Source: Raja brachyura (lineage: Eukaryota). From it: a stretch of DNA of 64,000 nucleotides. How positions within the stretch are numbered: the stretch's first letter is position 1; every line of letters begins with the position of its first letter. The translations under genes were made by a program, and so were the position numbers. Location: positions 14,508,001-14,572,000 of the forward strand of contig OY740810.1 in assembly GCA_963514005.1 (NCBI GenBank), read 5' to 3'. The notes beneath the pieces are model-generated. The model worked only from the letters and a program-made list of their open reading frames with translations, was not told where the DNA came from and did no database searches. Below are positions 39,001-54,000 of the stretch, piece after piece.

Positions 39001-42000
39001 TGAATATATCTACCAAACGTTCAATAAATATTGTCAGATGTTGTCTCCCTATTAGTGATGTTAACACAGCAGGTGTATGACAATGGAAAGTGGATGAGAT
39101 GTGACTATCCTATCATCATCAATGTTTTCATCTCCACTGCTGGCCATACATTCCATCAGGCTCCACCCAAAATACCAATGTACCAATCTTTGCTTCATTG
39201 GAAATGATAATCATAGACCGTTAGTGCCATGATGGATACAGCACCGAAATTGGCTCTTTGGATCGTAGATTCTGTGCCAATGGCAATCTACCCCTTTATT
39301 CTAATCCTATATTAATCACATTTTTTATTCTCCCTTCATCAAAAGTAATTCACATTATTCCCTTCATCATGTATTTGTACACTGTGGATGGCATGATTGT
39401 AATCATGTATAGCATTTCCACTAAATGGTTAGCATGCAACAAAAGCTTTTCACTTTACCTCGGTACACATGACAAAGAACTAAACTCCAACGCAAACTCA
39501 AACATCCTCTTCAACTGCAGGAAGGTCCTACCATTGACCTACTTATTTGGGTCATTTTACAGTGGCCATAGAGCTTAGACCTATACATTATTCATCTCTG
39601 TGTAACACTCTTTCCTTCTTTACACCAAGTGTTAACAATAATTCAACAAAAAGCTTTTTTCATAATTGATTGTTTAATAATTTTGCACAATTTCTTAACA
39701 GCAATATCACCAACACAGACCACAACTCCAAATTTGCAAACAAATCCCCTTGATTTTAATGTGACCTTCGTTGCAACTAACTTGACCTCAGCAGCAGATT
39801 TACAAGATCCCAATTCAGCATTGTTCAACTCGACAGCAAGTGTTATTGTTTTGCAGGTCAGTTGACAAATTACTGATTGATTTAATCAATTCATTACTCA
39901 TGGTTCAGACAGTCTAATACTCTAACCATTGCCTTTTTACAGCTGAACCAACTGTTTCGCAGCAGTAATGTTAACAAAACCTTCTCCAGCTGCAGAGTTC
40001 TCTCATTCAGGTAAGGAAAACTAAGATTCATCCGGGTCAGTATTTGCATCAACACCACGTGCGACCTCAGAAAGGCACATGTTACTGCAAATGCATCAAT
40101 ATTTCCTAAATGGTAACTCTGATAGAAAAATGGCAAGCTCATATTTAGACATGTTTTTCTCAAAGATAATTCCCAAACCAATATTTGTGGATTTCTAAGG
40201 AGTTTCACAACGTCCATGGTGGTGCATCCCAAGCCCTTCATGTGCCATGGACACAATGATGTGTAGGTTCATGGACATGCAGTGGTGCACCAGAAAATCA
40301 GGTGGTGACTTTCAGATTCTAGACAACTCCCGCATCATGCAGATATTGTGGTTGACTCATGTAAATGTTGCCACCGAGTGCTTGCAAGGTCTGATTTAGC
40401 ATTGGTTTGAGAGGAAACAGATCCAGGCCATGGATTGCAGTGGTGAAAGCCCATCTCTGATGGGCTCTGATGTACTGTTGATTCCCAATATCATGCATCA
40501 TCCCATTCCCAATGTATTAATTTGTGTACTAAAATAGTACCTCAGGAATCAATAATTGCACAGAAATAGTCTACAGAGGAAATATTTAATTTATTTTGCA
40601 AATTGAATGCCATATCCCCGTCTAGAATTATTCTGGCAAATGACATACATATTACTTGCTTGAGTATATAAATATACTATTCCCTAACGTTTCAATGAAT
40701 GGTTTCTATTCCCAAACTGTCTGACATCTTAAGTCAAGCAGATTTACTCAATTACCTCTGCATCTATTCCACAGCCCCTCAGCTGGACAAGGCACCAGAG
40801 TGCATGCAAACTGCACCTTCACAAATGACTCTGATACCCAGGATGTTAACAGGGTTAGATTGTACCGTGTGTTCAGAGACCTGTCTGAAGGCATCACCAC
40901 TCTAGGACCATATTCTCTGGATAGTAACAGCCTCTACGTGAACGGTATGTATCACTGAAGTTAGGATTTACTTCTGATCAAATTTATTGGATTCGAGTGA
41001 ACATTCAGAAAATGTCATAATCTATCAATTTCCCCTATTTAATGTACACATTTCACCAGATACATAATTATTCTTTTAATCTTTCAGGTTACAATGAACC
41101 ATCACCTTCAACAAGTGAGTACTGTTTTGAATTTGATATTTCACTAAAATATCCTTTTGTTGCAGTGGATAACAACAGTGAATATATCTACCAAACGTTC
41201 AATAAATATTGTCAGATGTTGTCTCCCTATTAGTGATGTTAACACAGCAGGTGTATGACAATGGAAAGTGGATGAGATGTGACTATCCTATCATCATCAA
41301 TGTTTTCATCTCCACTGCTGGCCATACATTCCATCAGGCTCCACCCAAAATACCAATGTACCAATCTTTGCTTCATTGGAAATGATAATCATAGACCGTT
41401 AGTGCCATGATGGATACAGCACCGAAATTGGCTCTTTGGATCGTAGATTCTGTGCCAATGGCAATCTACCCCTTTATTCTAATCCTATATTAATCACATT
41501 TTTTATTCTCCCTTCATCAAAAGTAATTCACATTATTCCCTTCATCATGTATTTGTACACTGTGGATGGCATGATTGTAATCATGTATAGCATTTCCACT
41601 AAATGGTTAGCATGCAACAAAAGCTTTTCACTTTACCTCGGTACACATGACAAAGAACTAAACTCCAACGCAAACTCAAACATCCTCTTCAACTGCAGGA
41701 AGGTCCTACCATTGACCTACTTATTTGGGTCATTTTACAGTGGCCACAGAGCTTAGACCTATACATTATTCATCTATGTGTAACACTCTTGCCCTTCTTT
41801 ACACCAAGTGTTAACAATAATTCAACAAAAAACTTTTTTTTAAATTGATTGTTTAATAATTTTGCACAATTTCTTAACAGCAATATCACCAACACAGACC
41901 ACAACTCCAAATTTGCAAACAAATCCCCTTGATTTTAACGTGACCTTCGTTGCAACTAACTTGACCTCAGCAGCAGATTCACAAGATCCCAATTCAGCAT

Positions 42001-45000
42001 TGTTCAACTCGACAGCAAGTGTTATTGTTTTGCAGGTCAGTTGACAAATTACTGATTGATTTAATCAATTCATTACTCATGGTTCAGACAGTCTAATACT
42101 CTAACCATTGCCTTTTTACAGCTGAACCAACTGTTTCGAAGCAGTAATGTTAACAAAACCTTCTCCAGCTGCAGAGTTCTCTCATTCAGGTAAGGAAAAC
42201 TAAGATTCATCCGGGTCAGTATTTGCATCAACACCACGTGCGACCTCAGAAAGGCACATGTTACTGCAAATGCATCAATATTTCCTAAATGGTAACTCTG
42301 ATAGAAAATGGCAAGCTCATATTTAGACATGTTTTTCTCAAAGATAATTCCCAAACCAATATTTGTGGATTTCTAAGGAGTTTCACAACGTCCATGGTGG
42401 TGCATCCCAAGCCCTTCATGTGCCATGGACACAATGATGTGTAGGTTCATGGACATGCAGTGGTGCACCAGAAAATCAGGTGGTGACTTTCAGATTCTAG
42501 ACAACTCCCGCATCATGCAGATATTGTGGTTGACTCATGTAAATGTTGCCACCGAGTGCTTGCAAGGTCTGATTTAGCATTGGTTTGAGAGGAAACAGAT
42601 CCAGGCCATGGATTGCAGTGGTGAAAGCCCATCTCTGATGGGCTCTGATGTACTGTTGATTCCCAATATCATGCATCATCCCATTCCCAATGTATTAATT
42701 TGTGTACTAAAATAGTACCTCAGGAATCAATAATTGCACAGAAATAGTCTACAGAGGAAATATTTAATTTATTTTGCAAATTGAATGCCATATCCCCGTC
42801 TAGAATTATTCTGGCAAATGACATACATATTACTTGCTTGAGTATATAAATATACTATTCCCTAACGTTTCAATCAATGGTTTCTATTCCCAAACTGTCT
42901 GACATCTTAAGTCAAGCAGATTTACTCAATTACCTCTGCATCTATTCCACAGCCCCTCAGCTGTACAAGGCACCAGAGTGCATGCAAACTGCACCTTCAC
43001 AAATGACTCTGATACCCAGGATGTTAACAGGGTTAGATTGTACCGTGTGTTCAGAGACCTGTCTGAAGGCATCACCACTCTAGGACCATATTCTCTGGAT
43101 AGTAACAGCCTCTACGTGAACGGTATGTATCACTGAAGTTAGGATTTACTTCTGATCAAATTTATTGGATTCGAGTGAACATTCAGAAAATGTCATAATC
43201 TATCAATTTCCCCTATTTAATGTACACATTTCACCAGATACATAATTATTCTTTTAATCTTTCAGATTACAATGAACCATCACCTTCAACAAGTGAGTAC
43301 TGTTTTGAATTTGATATTTCACTAAAATATCCTTTTGTTGCAGTGGATAACAACAGTGAATATATCTACCAAACGTTCAATAAATATTGTCAGATGTTGT
43401 CTCCCTATTAGTGATGTTAACACAGCAGGTGTATGACAATGGAAAGTGGATGAGATGTGACTATCCTATCATCATCAATGTTTTCATCTCCACTGCTGGC
43501 CATACATTCCATCAGGCTCCACCCAAAATACCAATGTACCAATCTTTGCTTCATTGGAAATGATAATCATAGACCGTTAGTGCCATGATGGATACAGCAC
43601 CGAAATTGGCTCTTTGGATCGTAGATTCTGTGCCAATGGCAATCTACCCCTTTATTCTAATCCTATACTAATGACATTTTTTATTCTCCCTTCATCAAAA
43701 GTAATTCACATTATTCCCTTCATCATGTATTTGTACACTGTGGATGGCATGATTGTAATCATGTATAGCATTTCCACTAACTGGTTAGTATGCAACAAAA
43801 GCTTTTCACTTTACCTCGGTACACATGACAAAGAACTAAACTCCAACGCAAACTCAAACATCCTCTTCAACTGCAGCAAGGTCCTACCATTGACCTACTT
43901 ATTTGGGTCATTTTACAGTGGCCATAGAGCTTAGACCTATACATTATTCATCTCTGTGTAACACTCTTTCCTTCTTTACACCAAGTGTTAACAATAATTC
44001 AACAAAAAGCTTTTTTTATAATTGATTGTTTAATAATTTTGCACAATTTCTTAACAGCAATATCACCAACACAGACCACAACTCCAAATTTGCAAACAAA
44101 TCCCCTTGATTTTAACGTGACCTTCGTTGCAACTAACTTGACCTCAGCAGCAGATTTACAAGATCCCAATTCAGCATTGTTCAACTCGACAGCAAGTGTT
44201 ATTGTTTTGCAGGTCAGTTGACAAATTACTGATTGATTTAATCAATTCATTACTCATGGTTCAGACAGTCTAATACTCTAACCATTGCCTTTTTACAGCT
44301 GAACCAACTGTTTCGCAGCAGTAATGTTAACAAAACCTTCTCCAGCTGCAGAGTTCTCTCATTCAGGTAAGGAAAACTAAGATTCATCCGGGTCAGTATT
44401 TGCATCAACACCACGTACAACCTCAGAAAGGCACATGTTACTGCAAATGCATCAATATTTCCTCAATGGTAACTCTGATAGAAAAATGGCAAGCTCATAT
44501 TTAGACATGTTTTTCTCAAAGATAATTCCCAAACCAATATTTGTGGATTTCTAAGGAGTTTCACAACGTCCATGGTGGTGCATCCCAAGCCCTTCATGTG
44601 CCATGGACACAATGATGTGTAGGTTCATGGACATGCAGTGGTGCACCAGAAAATCAGGTGGTGACTTTCAGATTCTAGACAACTCCCGCATCATGCAGAT
44701 ATTGTGGTTGACTCATGTAAATGTTGCCACCGAGTGCTTGCAAGGTCTGATTTAGCATTGGTTTGAGAGGAAACAGATCCAGGCCATGGATTGCAGTGGT
44801 GAAAGCCCATCTCTGATGGGCTCTGATGTACTGTTGATTCCCAATATCATGCCTCATCCCATTCCCAATGTATTAATTTGTGTACTAAAATAGTACCTCA
44901 GGAATCAATAATTGCACAGAAATAGTCTACAGAGGAAATATTTAATTTATTTTGCAAATTGAATGCCATATCCCCGTCTAGAATTATTCTGGCAAATGAC

Positions 45001-48000
45001 ATACATATTACTTGCTTGAGTATATAAATATACTATTCCCTAACGTTTCAATCAATGGTTTCTATTCCCAAACTGTCTGACATCTTAAGTCAAGCAGATT
45101 TACTCAATTACCTCTGCATCTATTCCACAGCCCCTCAGCTGTACAAGGCACCAGAGTGCATGCAAACTGCACCTTCACAAATGACTCTGATACCCAGGAT
45201 GTTAACAGGGTTAGATTGTACCGTGTGTTCAGAGACCTGTCTGAAGGCATCACCACTCTAGGACCATATTCTCTGGATAGTAACAGCCTCTACGTGAACG
45301 GTATGTATCACTGAAGTTAGGATTTACTTCTGATCAAATTTATTGGATTCGAGTGAACATTCAGAAAATGTCATAATCTATCAATTTCCCCTATTTAATG
45401 TACACATTTCGCCAGATACATAATTATTCTTTTAATCTTTCAGATTACAATGAACCATCACCTTCAACAAGTGAGTACTGTTTTGAATTTGATATTTCAC
45501 TAAAATATCCTTTTGTTGCAGTGGATAACAACAGTGAATATATCTACCAAACGTTCAATAAATATTGTCAGATGTTGTCTCCCTATTAGTGATGTTAACA
45601 CAGCAGGTGTATGACAATGGAAAGTGGATGAGATGTGACTATCCTATCATCATCAATGTTTTCATCTCCACTGCTGGCCATACATTCCATCAGGCTCCAC
45701 CCAAAATACCAATGTACCAATCTTTGCTTCATTGGAAATGATAATCATAGACCGTTAGTGCCATGATGGATACAGCACCGAAATTGGCTCTTTGGATCGT
45801 AGATTCTGTGCCAATGGCAATCTACCCCTTTATTCTAATCCTATATTAATCACATTTTTTATTCTCCCTTCATCAAAAGTAATTCACATTATTCCCTTCA
45901 TCATGTATTTGTACACTGTGGATGGCATGATTGTAATCATGTATAGCATTTCCACTAACTGGTTAGCATGCAACAAAAGCTTTTCACTTTACCTCGGTAC
46001 ACATGACAAAGAACTAAACTCCAACGCAAACTCAAACATCCTCTTCAACTGCAGTAAGGTCCTACCATTGACCTACTTATTTGGGTCATTTTACAGTGGC
46101 CATAGAGCTTAGACCTATACATTATTCATCTCTGTGTAACACTCTTTCCTTCTTTACACCAAGTGTTAACAATAATTCAACAAAAAAGCTTTTTTCATAA
46201 TTGATTGTTTAATAATTTTGCACAATTTCTTAACAGCAATATCACCAACACAGACCACAACTCCAAATTTGCAAACAAACCCCCTTGATTTTAACGTGAC
46301 CTTCGTTGCAACTAACTTGACCTCAGCAGCAGATTTACAAGATCCCAGTTCAGCATTGTTCAACTCGACAGCAAGTGTTATTGTTTTGCAGGTCAGTTGA
46401 CAAATTACTGATTGATTTAATCAATTCATTACTCATGGTTCAGACAGTCTAATACTCTAACCATTGCCTTTTTACAGCTGAACCAACTGTTTCGCAGCAG
46501 TAATGTTAACAAAACCTTCTCCAGCTGCAGAGTTCTCTCATTCAGGTAAGGAAAACTAAGATTCATCCGGGTCAGTATTTGCATCAACACCACGTGCGAC
46601 CTCAGAAAGGCACATGTTACTGCAAATGCATCAATATTTCCTAAATGGTAACTCTGATAGAAAAATGGCAAGCTCATATTTAGACATGTTTTTCTCAAAG
46701 ATAATTCCCAAACCAATATTTGTGGATTTCTAAGGAGTTTCACAACGTCCATGGTGGTGCATCCCAAGCCCTTCATGTGCCATGGACACAATGATGTGTA
46801 GGTTCATGGACATGCAGTGGTGCACCAGAAAATCAGGTGGTGACTTTCAGATTCTAGACAACTCCCGCATCATGCAGATATTGTGGTTGACTCATGTAAA
46901 TGTTGCCACCGAGTGCTTGCAAGGTCTGATTTAGCATTGGTTTGAGAGGAAACAGATCCAGGCCATGGATTGCAGTGGTGAAAGCGCTCTGATGTACTGT
47001 TGATTCCCAATATCATGGCTCACCCCATTCCCAATGTATTAATTTGTGTACTAAAATAATACCTCAGGAATCAATAATTGCACAGAAATAGTCTACAGAG
47101 GAAATATTTAATTTATTTTGCAAATTGAATGCCATATCCCCGTCTAGAATTATTCTGGCAAATGACATACATATTACTTGCTTGAGTATATAAATATACT
47201 ATTCCCTAACGTTTCAATCAATGGTTTCTATTCCCAAACTGTCTGACATATTAAGTCAAGCAGATTTACTCAATTACCTCTGCATCTATTCCACAGCCCC
47301 TCAGCTGTACAAGGCACCAGAGTGCATGCAAACTGCACCTTCACAAATGACTCTGATACCCAGGATGTTAACAGGGTTAGATTGTACCGTGTGTTCAGAG
47401 ACCTGTCTGAAGGCATCACCACTCTAGGACCATATTCTCTGGATAGTAACAGCCTCTACGTGAACGGTATGTATCACTGAAGTTAGGATTTACTTCTGAT
47501 CAAATTTATTGGATTCGAGTGAACATTCAGAAAATGTCATAATCTATCAATTTCCCCTATTTAATGTACACATTTCGCCAGATACATAATTATTCTTTTA
47601 ATCTTTCAGATTACAATGAACCATCACCTTCAACAAGTGAGTACTGTTTTGAATTTGATATTTCACTAAAATATCCTTTTGTTGCAGTGGATAACAACAG
47701 TGAATATATCTACCAAACGTTCAATAAATATTGTCAGATGTTGTCTCCCTATTAGTGATGTTAACACAGCAGGTGTATGACAATGGAAAGTGGATGAGAT
47801 GTGACTATCCTATCATCATCAATGTTTTCATCTCCACTGCTGGCCATACATTCCATCAGGCTCCACCCAAAATACCAATGTACCAATCTTTGCTTCATTG
47901 GAAATGATAATCATAGACCGTTAGTGCCATGATGGATACAGCACCGAAATTGGCTCTTTGGATCGTAGATTCTGTGCCAATGGCAATCTACCCCTTTATT

Positions 48001-51000
48001 CTAATCCTATACTAATGACATTTTTTATTCTCCCTTCATCAAAAGTAATTCACATTATTCCCTTCATCATGTATTTGTACACTGTGGATGGCATGATTGT
48101 AATCATGTATAGCATTTCCACTAACTGGTTAGCATGCAACAAAAGCTTTTCACTTTACCTCGGTACACATGACAAAGAACTAAACTCCAACGCAAACTCA
48201 AACATCCTCTTCAACTGCAGCAAGGTCCTACCATTGACCTACTTATTTGGGTCATTTTACAGTGGCCATAGAGCTTAGACCTATACATTATTCATCTCTG
48301 TGTAACACTCTTTCCTTCTTTACACCAAGTGTTAACAATAATTCAACAAAAAGCTTTTTTTATAATTGATTGTTTAATAATTTTGCACAATTTCTTAACA
48401 GCAATATCACCAACACAGACCACAACTCCAAATTTGCAAACAAATCCCCTTGATTTTAACGTGACCTTCGTTGCAACTAACTTGACCTCAGCAGCAGATT
48501 TACAAGATCCCAATTCAGCATTGTTCAACTCGACAGCAAGTGTTATTGTTTTGCAGGTCAGTTGACAAATTACTGATTGATTTAATCAATTCATTACTCA
48601 CGGTTCAGACAGTCTAATACTCTAACCATTGCCTTTTTACAGCTGAACCAACTGTTTCGCAGCAGTAATGTTAACAAAACCTTCTCCAGCTGCAGAGTTC
48701 TCTCATTCAGGTAAGGAAAACTAAGATTCATCCGGGTCAGTATTTGCATCAACACCACGTGCGACCTCAGAAAGGCACATGTTACTGCAAATGCATCAAT
48801 ATTTCCTAAATGGTAACTCTGATAGAAAAATGGCAAGCTCATATTTAGACATGTTTTTCTCAAAGATAATTCCCAAACCAATATTTGTGGATTTCTAAGG
48901 AGTTTCACAACGTCCATGGTGGTGCATCCCAAGCCCTTCATGTGCCATGGACACAATGATGTGTAGGTTCATGGACATGCAGTGGTGCACCAGAAAATCA
49001 GGTGGTGACTTTCAGATTCTAGACAACTCCCGCATCACGCAGATATTGTGGTTGACTCATGTAAATGTTGCCACCGAGTGCTTGCAAGGTCTGATTTAGC
49101 ATTGGTTTGAGAGGAAACAGATCCAGGCCATGGATTGCAGTGGTGAAAGCCCATCTCTGATGGGCTCTGATGTACTGTTGATTCCCAATATCATGGCTCA
49201 TCCCATTCCCAATGTATTAATTTGTGTACTAAAATAGTACCTCAGGAATCAATAATTGCACAGAAACAGTCTACAGAGGAAATATTTAATTTATTTTGCA
49301 AATTGAATGCCATATCCCCGTCTACAATTATTCTGGCAAATGACATACATATTACGTGCTTGAGTATATAAATATACTATTCCCCAACGTTTCAATCAAT
49401 GGTTTCTATTCCCAAACTGTCTGACATCTTAAGTCAAGCAGATTTACTCAATTACCTCTGCATCTATTCCACAGCCCCTCAGCTGTACAAGGCACCAGAG
49501 TGCATGCAAACTGCACCTTCACAAATGACTCTGATACCCAGGATGTTAACAGGGTTAGATTGTACCGTGTGTTCAGAGACCTGTCTGAAGGCATCACCAC
49601 TCTAGGACCATATTCTCTGGATAGTAACAGCCTCTACGTGAACGGTATGTATCACTGAAGTTAGGATTTACTTCTGATCAAATTTATTGGATTCGAGTGA
49701 ACGTTCAGAAAATGTCATAATCTATCAATTTCCCCTATTTAATGTACACATTTCGCCAGATACATAATTATTCTTTTAATCTTTCAGGTTACAATGAACC
49801 ATCACCTTCAACAAGTGAGTACTGTTTTGAATTTGATATTTCACTAAAATATCCTTTTGTTGCAGTGGCTAACAGTTGAATATATTTACCAAACGTTCAA
49901 TAAATATTGTCAGATGTTGTCTCCCTATTAGTGATGTTAACACAGCAGGTGTATGACAATGGAAAGTGGATGAGATGTGACCATCCTATCATCATCAATG
50001 TTTTCATCTCCACTGCTGGCCATACATTCCATCAGGCTCCACCCAAAATACCAATGTACCAATCTTTGCTTCATTGGAAATGATAATCATAGACCGTTAG
50101 TGCCTTGATGGATACAGCACAGAAAATTGCTCTTTCGATCGTAGATTCTGTGCCAATGGCAATCTACCCCTTCATACTAATCCTATACTAATGACATTTT
50201 TTATTCTCCCTTCATCAAAAGTAATTCACATTATTCCCTTCATCATGTATTTGTACACTGTGGATGGCATGATTGTAATCATGTATAGCATTTCCACTAA
50301 CTGGTTAGTATGCAACAAAAGCTTTTCACTTTACCTCGGTACACATGACAAAGAACTAAACTCCAACGCAAACTCAAACATCCTCTTCAACTGCAGTAAG
50401 GTCCTACCATTGACCTACTTATTTGGGTCATTTTACAGTGGCCATAGAGCTTAGACCTATACATTATTCATCTCTGTGTAACACTCTTTCCTTCTTTACA
50501 CCAAGTGTTAACAATAATTCAACAAAAAGCTTTTTTTATAATTGATTGTTTAATAATTTTGCACAATTTCTTAACAGCAATATCACCAACACAGACCACA
50601 ACTCCAAATTTGCAAACAAATCCCCTTGATTTTAACGTGACCTTCGTTGCAACTAACTTGACCTCAGCAGCAGATTTACAAGATCCCAATTCAGCATTGT
50701 TCAACTCGACAGCAAGTGTTATTGTTTTGCAGGTCAGTTGACAAATTACTGATTGATTTAATCAATTTATTACTCACGGTTCAGACAGTCTAATACTCTA
50801 ACCATTGCCTTTTTACAGCTGAACCAACTGTTTCGCAGCAGTAATGTTAACAAAACCTTCTCCAGCTGCAGAGTTCTCTCATTCAGGTAAGGAAAACTAA
50901 GATTCATCCGGGTCAGTATTTGCATCAACACCACGTGCGACCTCAGAAAGGCACATGTTACTGCAAATGCATCAACATTTCCGAAATGGTAACTCTGATA

Positions 51001-54000
51001 GAAAAATGGCAAGCTCATATTTAGACATGTTTTTCTCAAAGATAATTCCCAAACCAATATTTGTGGATTTCTAAGGAGTTTCACAACGTCCATGGTGGTG
51101 CATCCCAAGCCCTTCATGTGCCATGGACACAATGATGTGTAGGTTCATGGACATGCAGTGGTGCACCAGAAAATCAGGTGGTGACTTTCAGATTCTAGAC
51201 AACTCCCGCATCATGCAGATATTGTGGTTGCCTCATGTAAATGTTGCCACCGAGTGCTTGCAAGGTCTGATTTAGCATTGGTTTGAGAGGAAACAGATCC
51301 AGGCCATGGATTGCAGTGGTGAAAGCCCATCTCTGATGGGCTCTGATGTACTGTTGATTCCCAATATCATGGCTCATCCCATTCCCAATGTATTAATTTG
51401 TGTACTAAAATAATACCTCAGGAATCAATAATTGCACAGAAATAGTCTACAGAGGAAATATTTAATTTATTTTGCAAATTGAATGCCATATCCCCGTCTA
51501 GAATTATTCTGGCAAATGACATACATATTACGTGCTTGAGTATATAAATATACTATTCCCCAACGTTTCAATCAATGGTTTCTATTCCCAAACTGTCTGA
51601 CATATTAAGTCAAGCAGATTTACTCAATTACCTCTGCATCTATTCCACAGCCCCTCAGCTGTACAAGGCACCAGAGTGCATGCAAACTGCACCTTCACAA
51701 ATGACTCTGATCCCCAGGATGTTAACAGGGTTAGATTGTACCGTGTGTTCAGAGACCTGTCTGAAGGCATCACCACTCTAGGACCATATTCTCTGGATAG
51801 TAACAGCCTCTACGTGAACGGTATGTATCACTGAAGTTAGGATTTACTTCTGATCAAATTTATTGGATTCGAGTGAACATTCAGAAAATGTCATAATCTA
51901 TCAATTTCCCCTATTTAATGTACACATTTCGCCAGATACATAATTATTCTTTTAATCTTTCAGGTTACAATGAACCATCACCTTCAACAAGTGAGTACTG
52001 TTTTGAATTTGATATTTCACTAAAATATCCTTTTGTTGCAGTGGATAACAACAGTGAATATATTTACCAAACGTTCAATAAATATTGTCAGATGTTGTCT
52101 CCCTATTAGTGATGTTACACAGCAGGTGTATGACAATCGAAAGTGGATGAGATGTGACTATCCTATCATCATCAATGTTTTCATCTCCACTGCTGGCCAT
52201 ACATTCCATTAGGCTCCACCCAAAATACCAATGTACCAATCTTTGCTTCATTGGAAATGATAATCATAGATCGTTAGTGCCATGATGGATACAGCACCGA
52301 AATTGGCTCTTTGGATCGTAGATTCTGTGGCAATGGCAATCTACCCCTTTATTCTAATCCTATATTAATCACATTTTTTATTCTCCCTTCATCAAAAGTA
52401 ATTCACATTATTCCCTTCATCATGTATTTGTACACTGTGGATGGCATGATTGTAATCATGTATAGCATTTCCACTAACTGGTTAGCATGCAACAAAAGCT
52501 TTTCACTTTACCTCGGTACACATGACAAAGAACTAAACTCCAACGCAAACTCAAACATCCTCCTCAACTGCAGCAAGGTCCTACCATTGACCTACTTATT
52601 TGGGTCATTTTACAGTGGCCACAGAGCTTAGACCTATACATTATTCATCTCTGTGTAACACTCTTTCCTTCTTTACACCAAGTGTTAACAATAATTCAAC
52701 AAAAAGCTTTTTTTATAATTGATTGTTTAATAATTTTGCACAATTTCTTAACAGCAATATCACCAACACAGACCACAACTCCAAATTTGCAAACAAATCC
52801 CCTTGATTTTAACGTGACCTTCGTTGCAACTAACTTGACCTCAGCAGCAGATTTACAAGATCCCAATTCAGCATTGTTCAACTCGACAGCAAGTGTTATT
52901 GTTTTGCAGGTCAGTTGACAAATTACTGATTGATTTAATCAATTTATTACTCACGGTTCAGACAGTCTAATACTCTAACCATTGCCTTTTTACAGCTGAA
53001 CCAACTGTTTCGCAGCAGTAATGTTAACAAAACCTTCTCCAGCTGCAGAGTTCTCTCATTCAGGTAAGGAAAACTAAGATTCATCCGGGTCAGTATTTGC
53101 ATCAACACCACGTGCGACCTCAGAAAGGCACATGTTACTGCAAATGCATCAACATTTCCGAAATGGTAACTCTGATAGAAAAATGGCAAGCTCATATTTA
53201 GACATGTTTTTCTCAAAGATAATTCCCAAACCAATATTTGTGGATTTCTAAGGAGTTTCACAACGTCCATGGTGGTGCATCCCAAGCCCTTCATGTGCCA
53301 TGGACACAATGATGTGTAGGTTCATGGACATGCAGTGGTGCACCAGAAAATCAGGTGGTGACTTTCAGATTCTAGACAACTCCCGCATCATGCAGATATT
53401 GTGGTTGCCTCATGTAAATGTTGCCACCGAGTGCTTGCAAGGTCTGATTTAGCATTGGTTTGAGAGGAAACAGATCCAGGCCATGGATTGCAGTGGTGAA
53501 AGCCCATCTCTGATGGGCTCTGATGTACTGTTGATTCCCAATATCATGGCTCATCCCATTCCCAATGTATTAATTTGTGTACTAAAATAATACCTCAGGA
53601 ATCAATAATTGCACAGAAATAGTCTACAGAGGAAATATTTAATTTATTTTGCAAATTGAATGCCATATCCCCGTCTAGAATTATTCTGGCAAATGACATA
53701 CATATTACGTGCTTGAGTATATAAATATACTATTCCCCAACGTTTCAATCAATGGTTTCTATTCCCAAACTGTCTGACATATTAAGTCAAGCAGATTTAC
53801 TCAATTACCTCTGCATCTATTCCACAGCCCCTCAGCTGTACAAGGCACCAGAGTGCATGCAAACTGCACCTTCACAAATGACTCTGATCCCCAGGATGTT
53901 AACAGGGTTAGATTGTACCGTGTGTTCAGAGACCTGTCTGAAGGCATCACCACTCTAGGACCATATTCTCTGGATAGTAACAGCCTCTACGTGAACGGTA

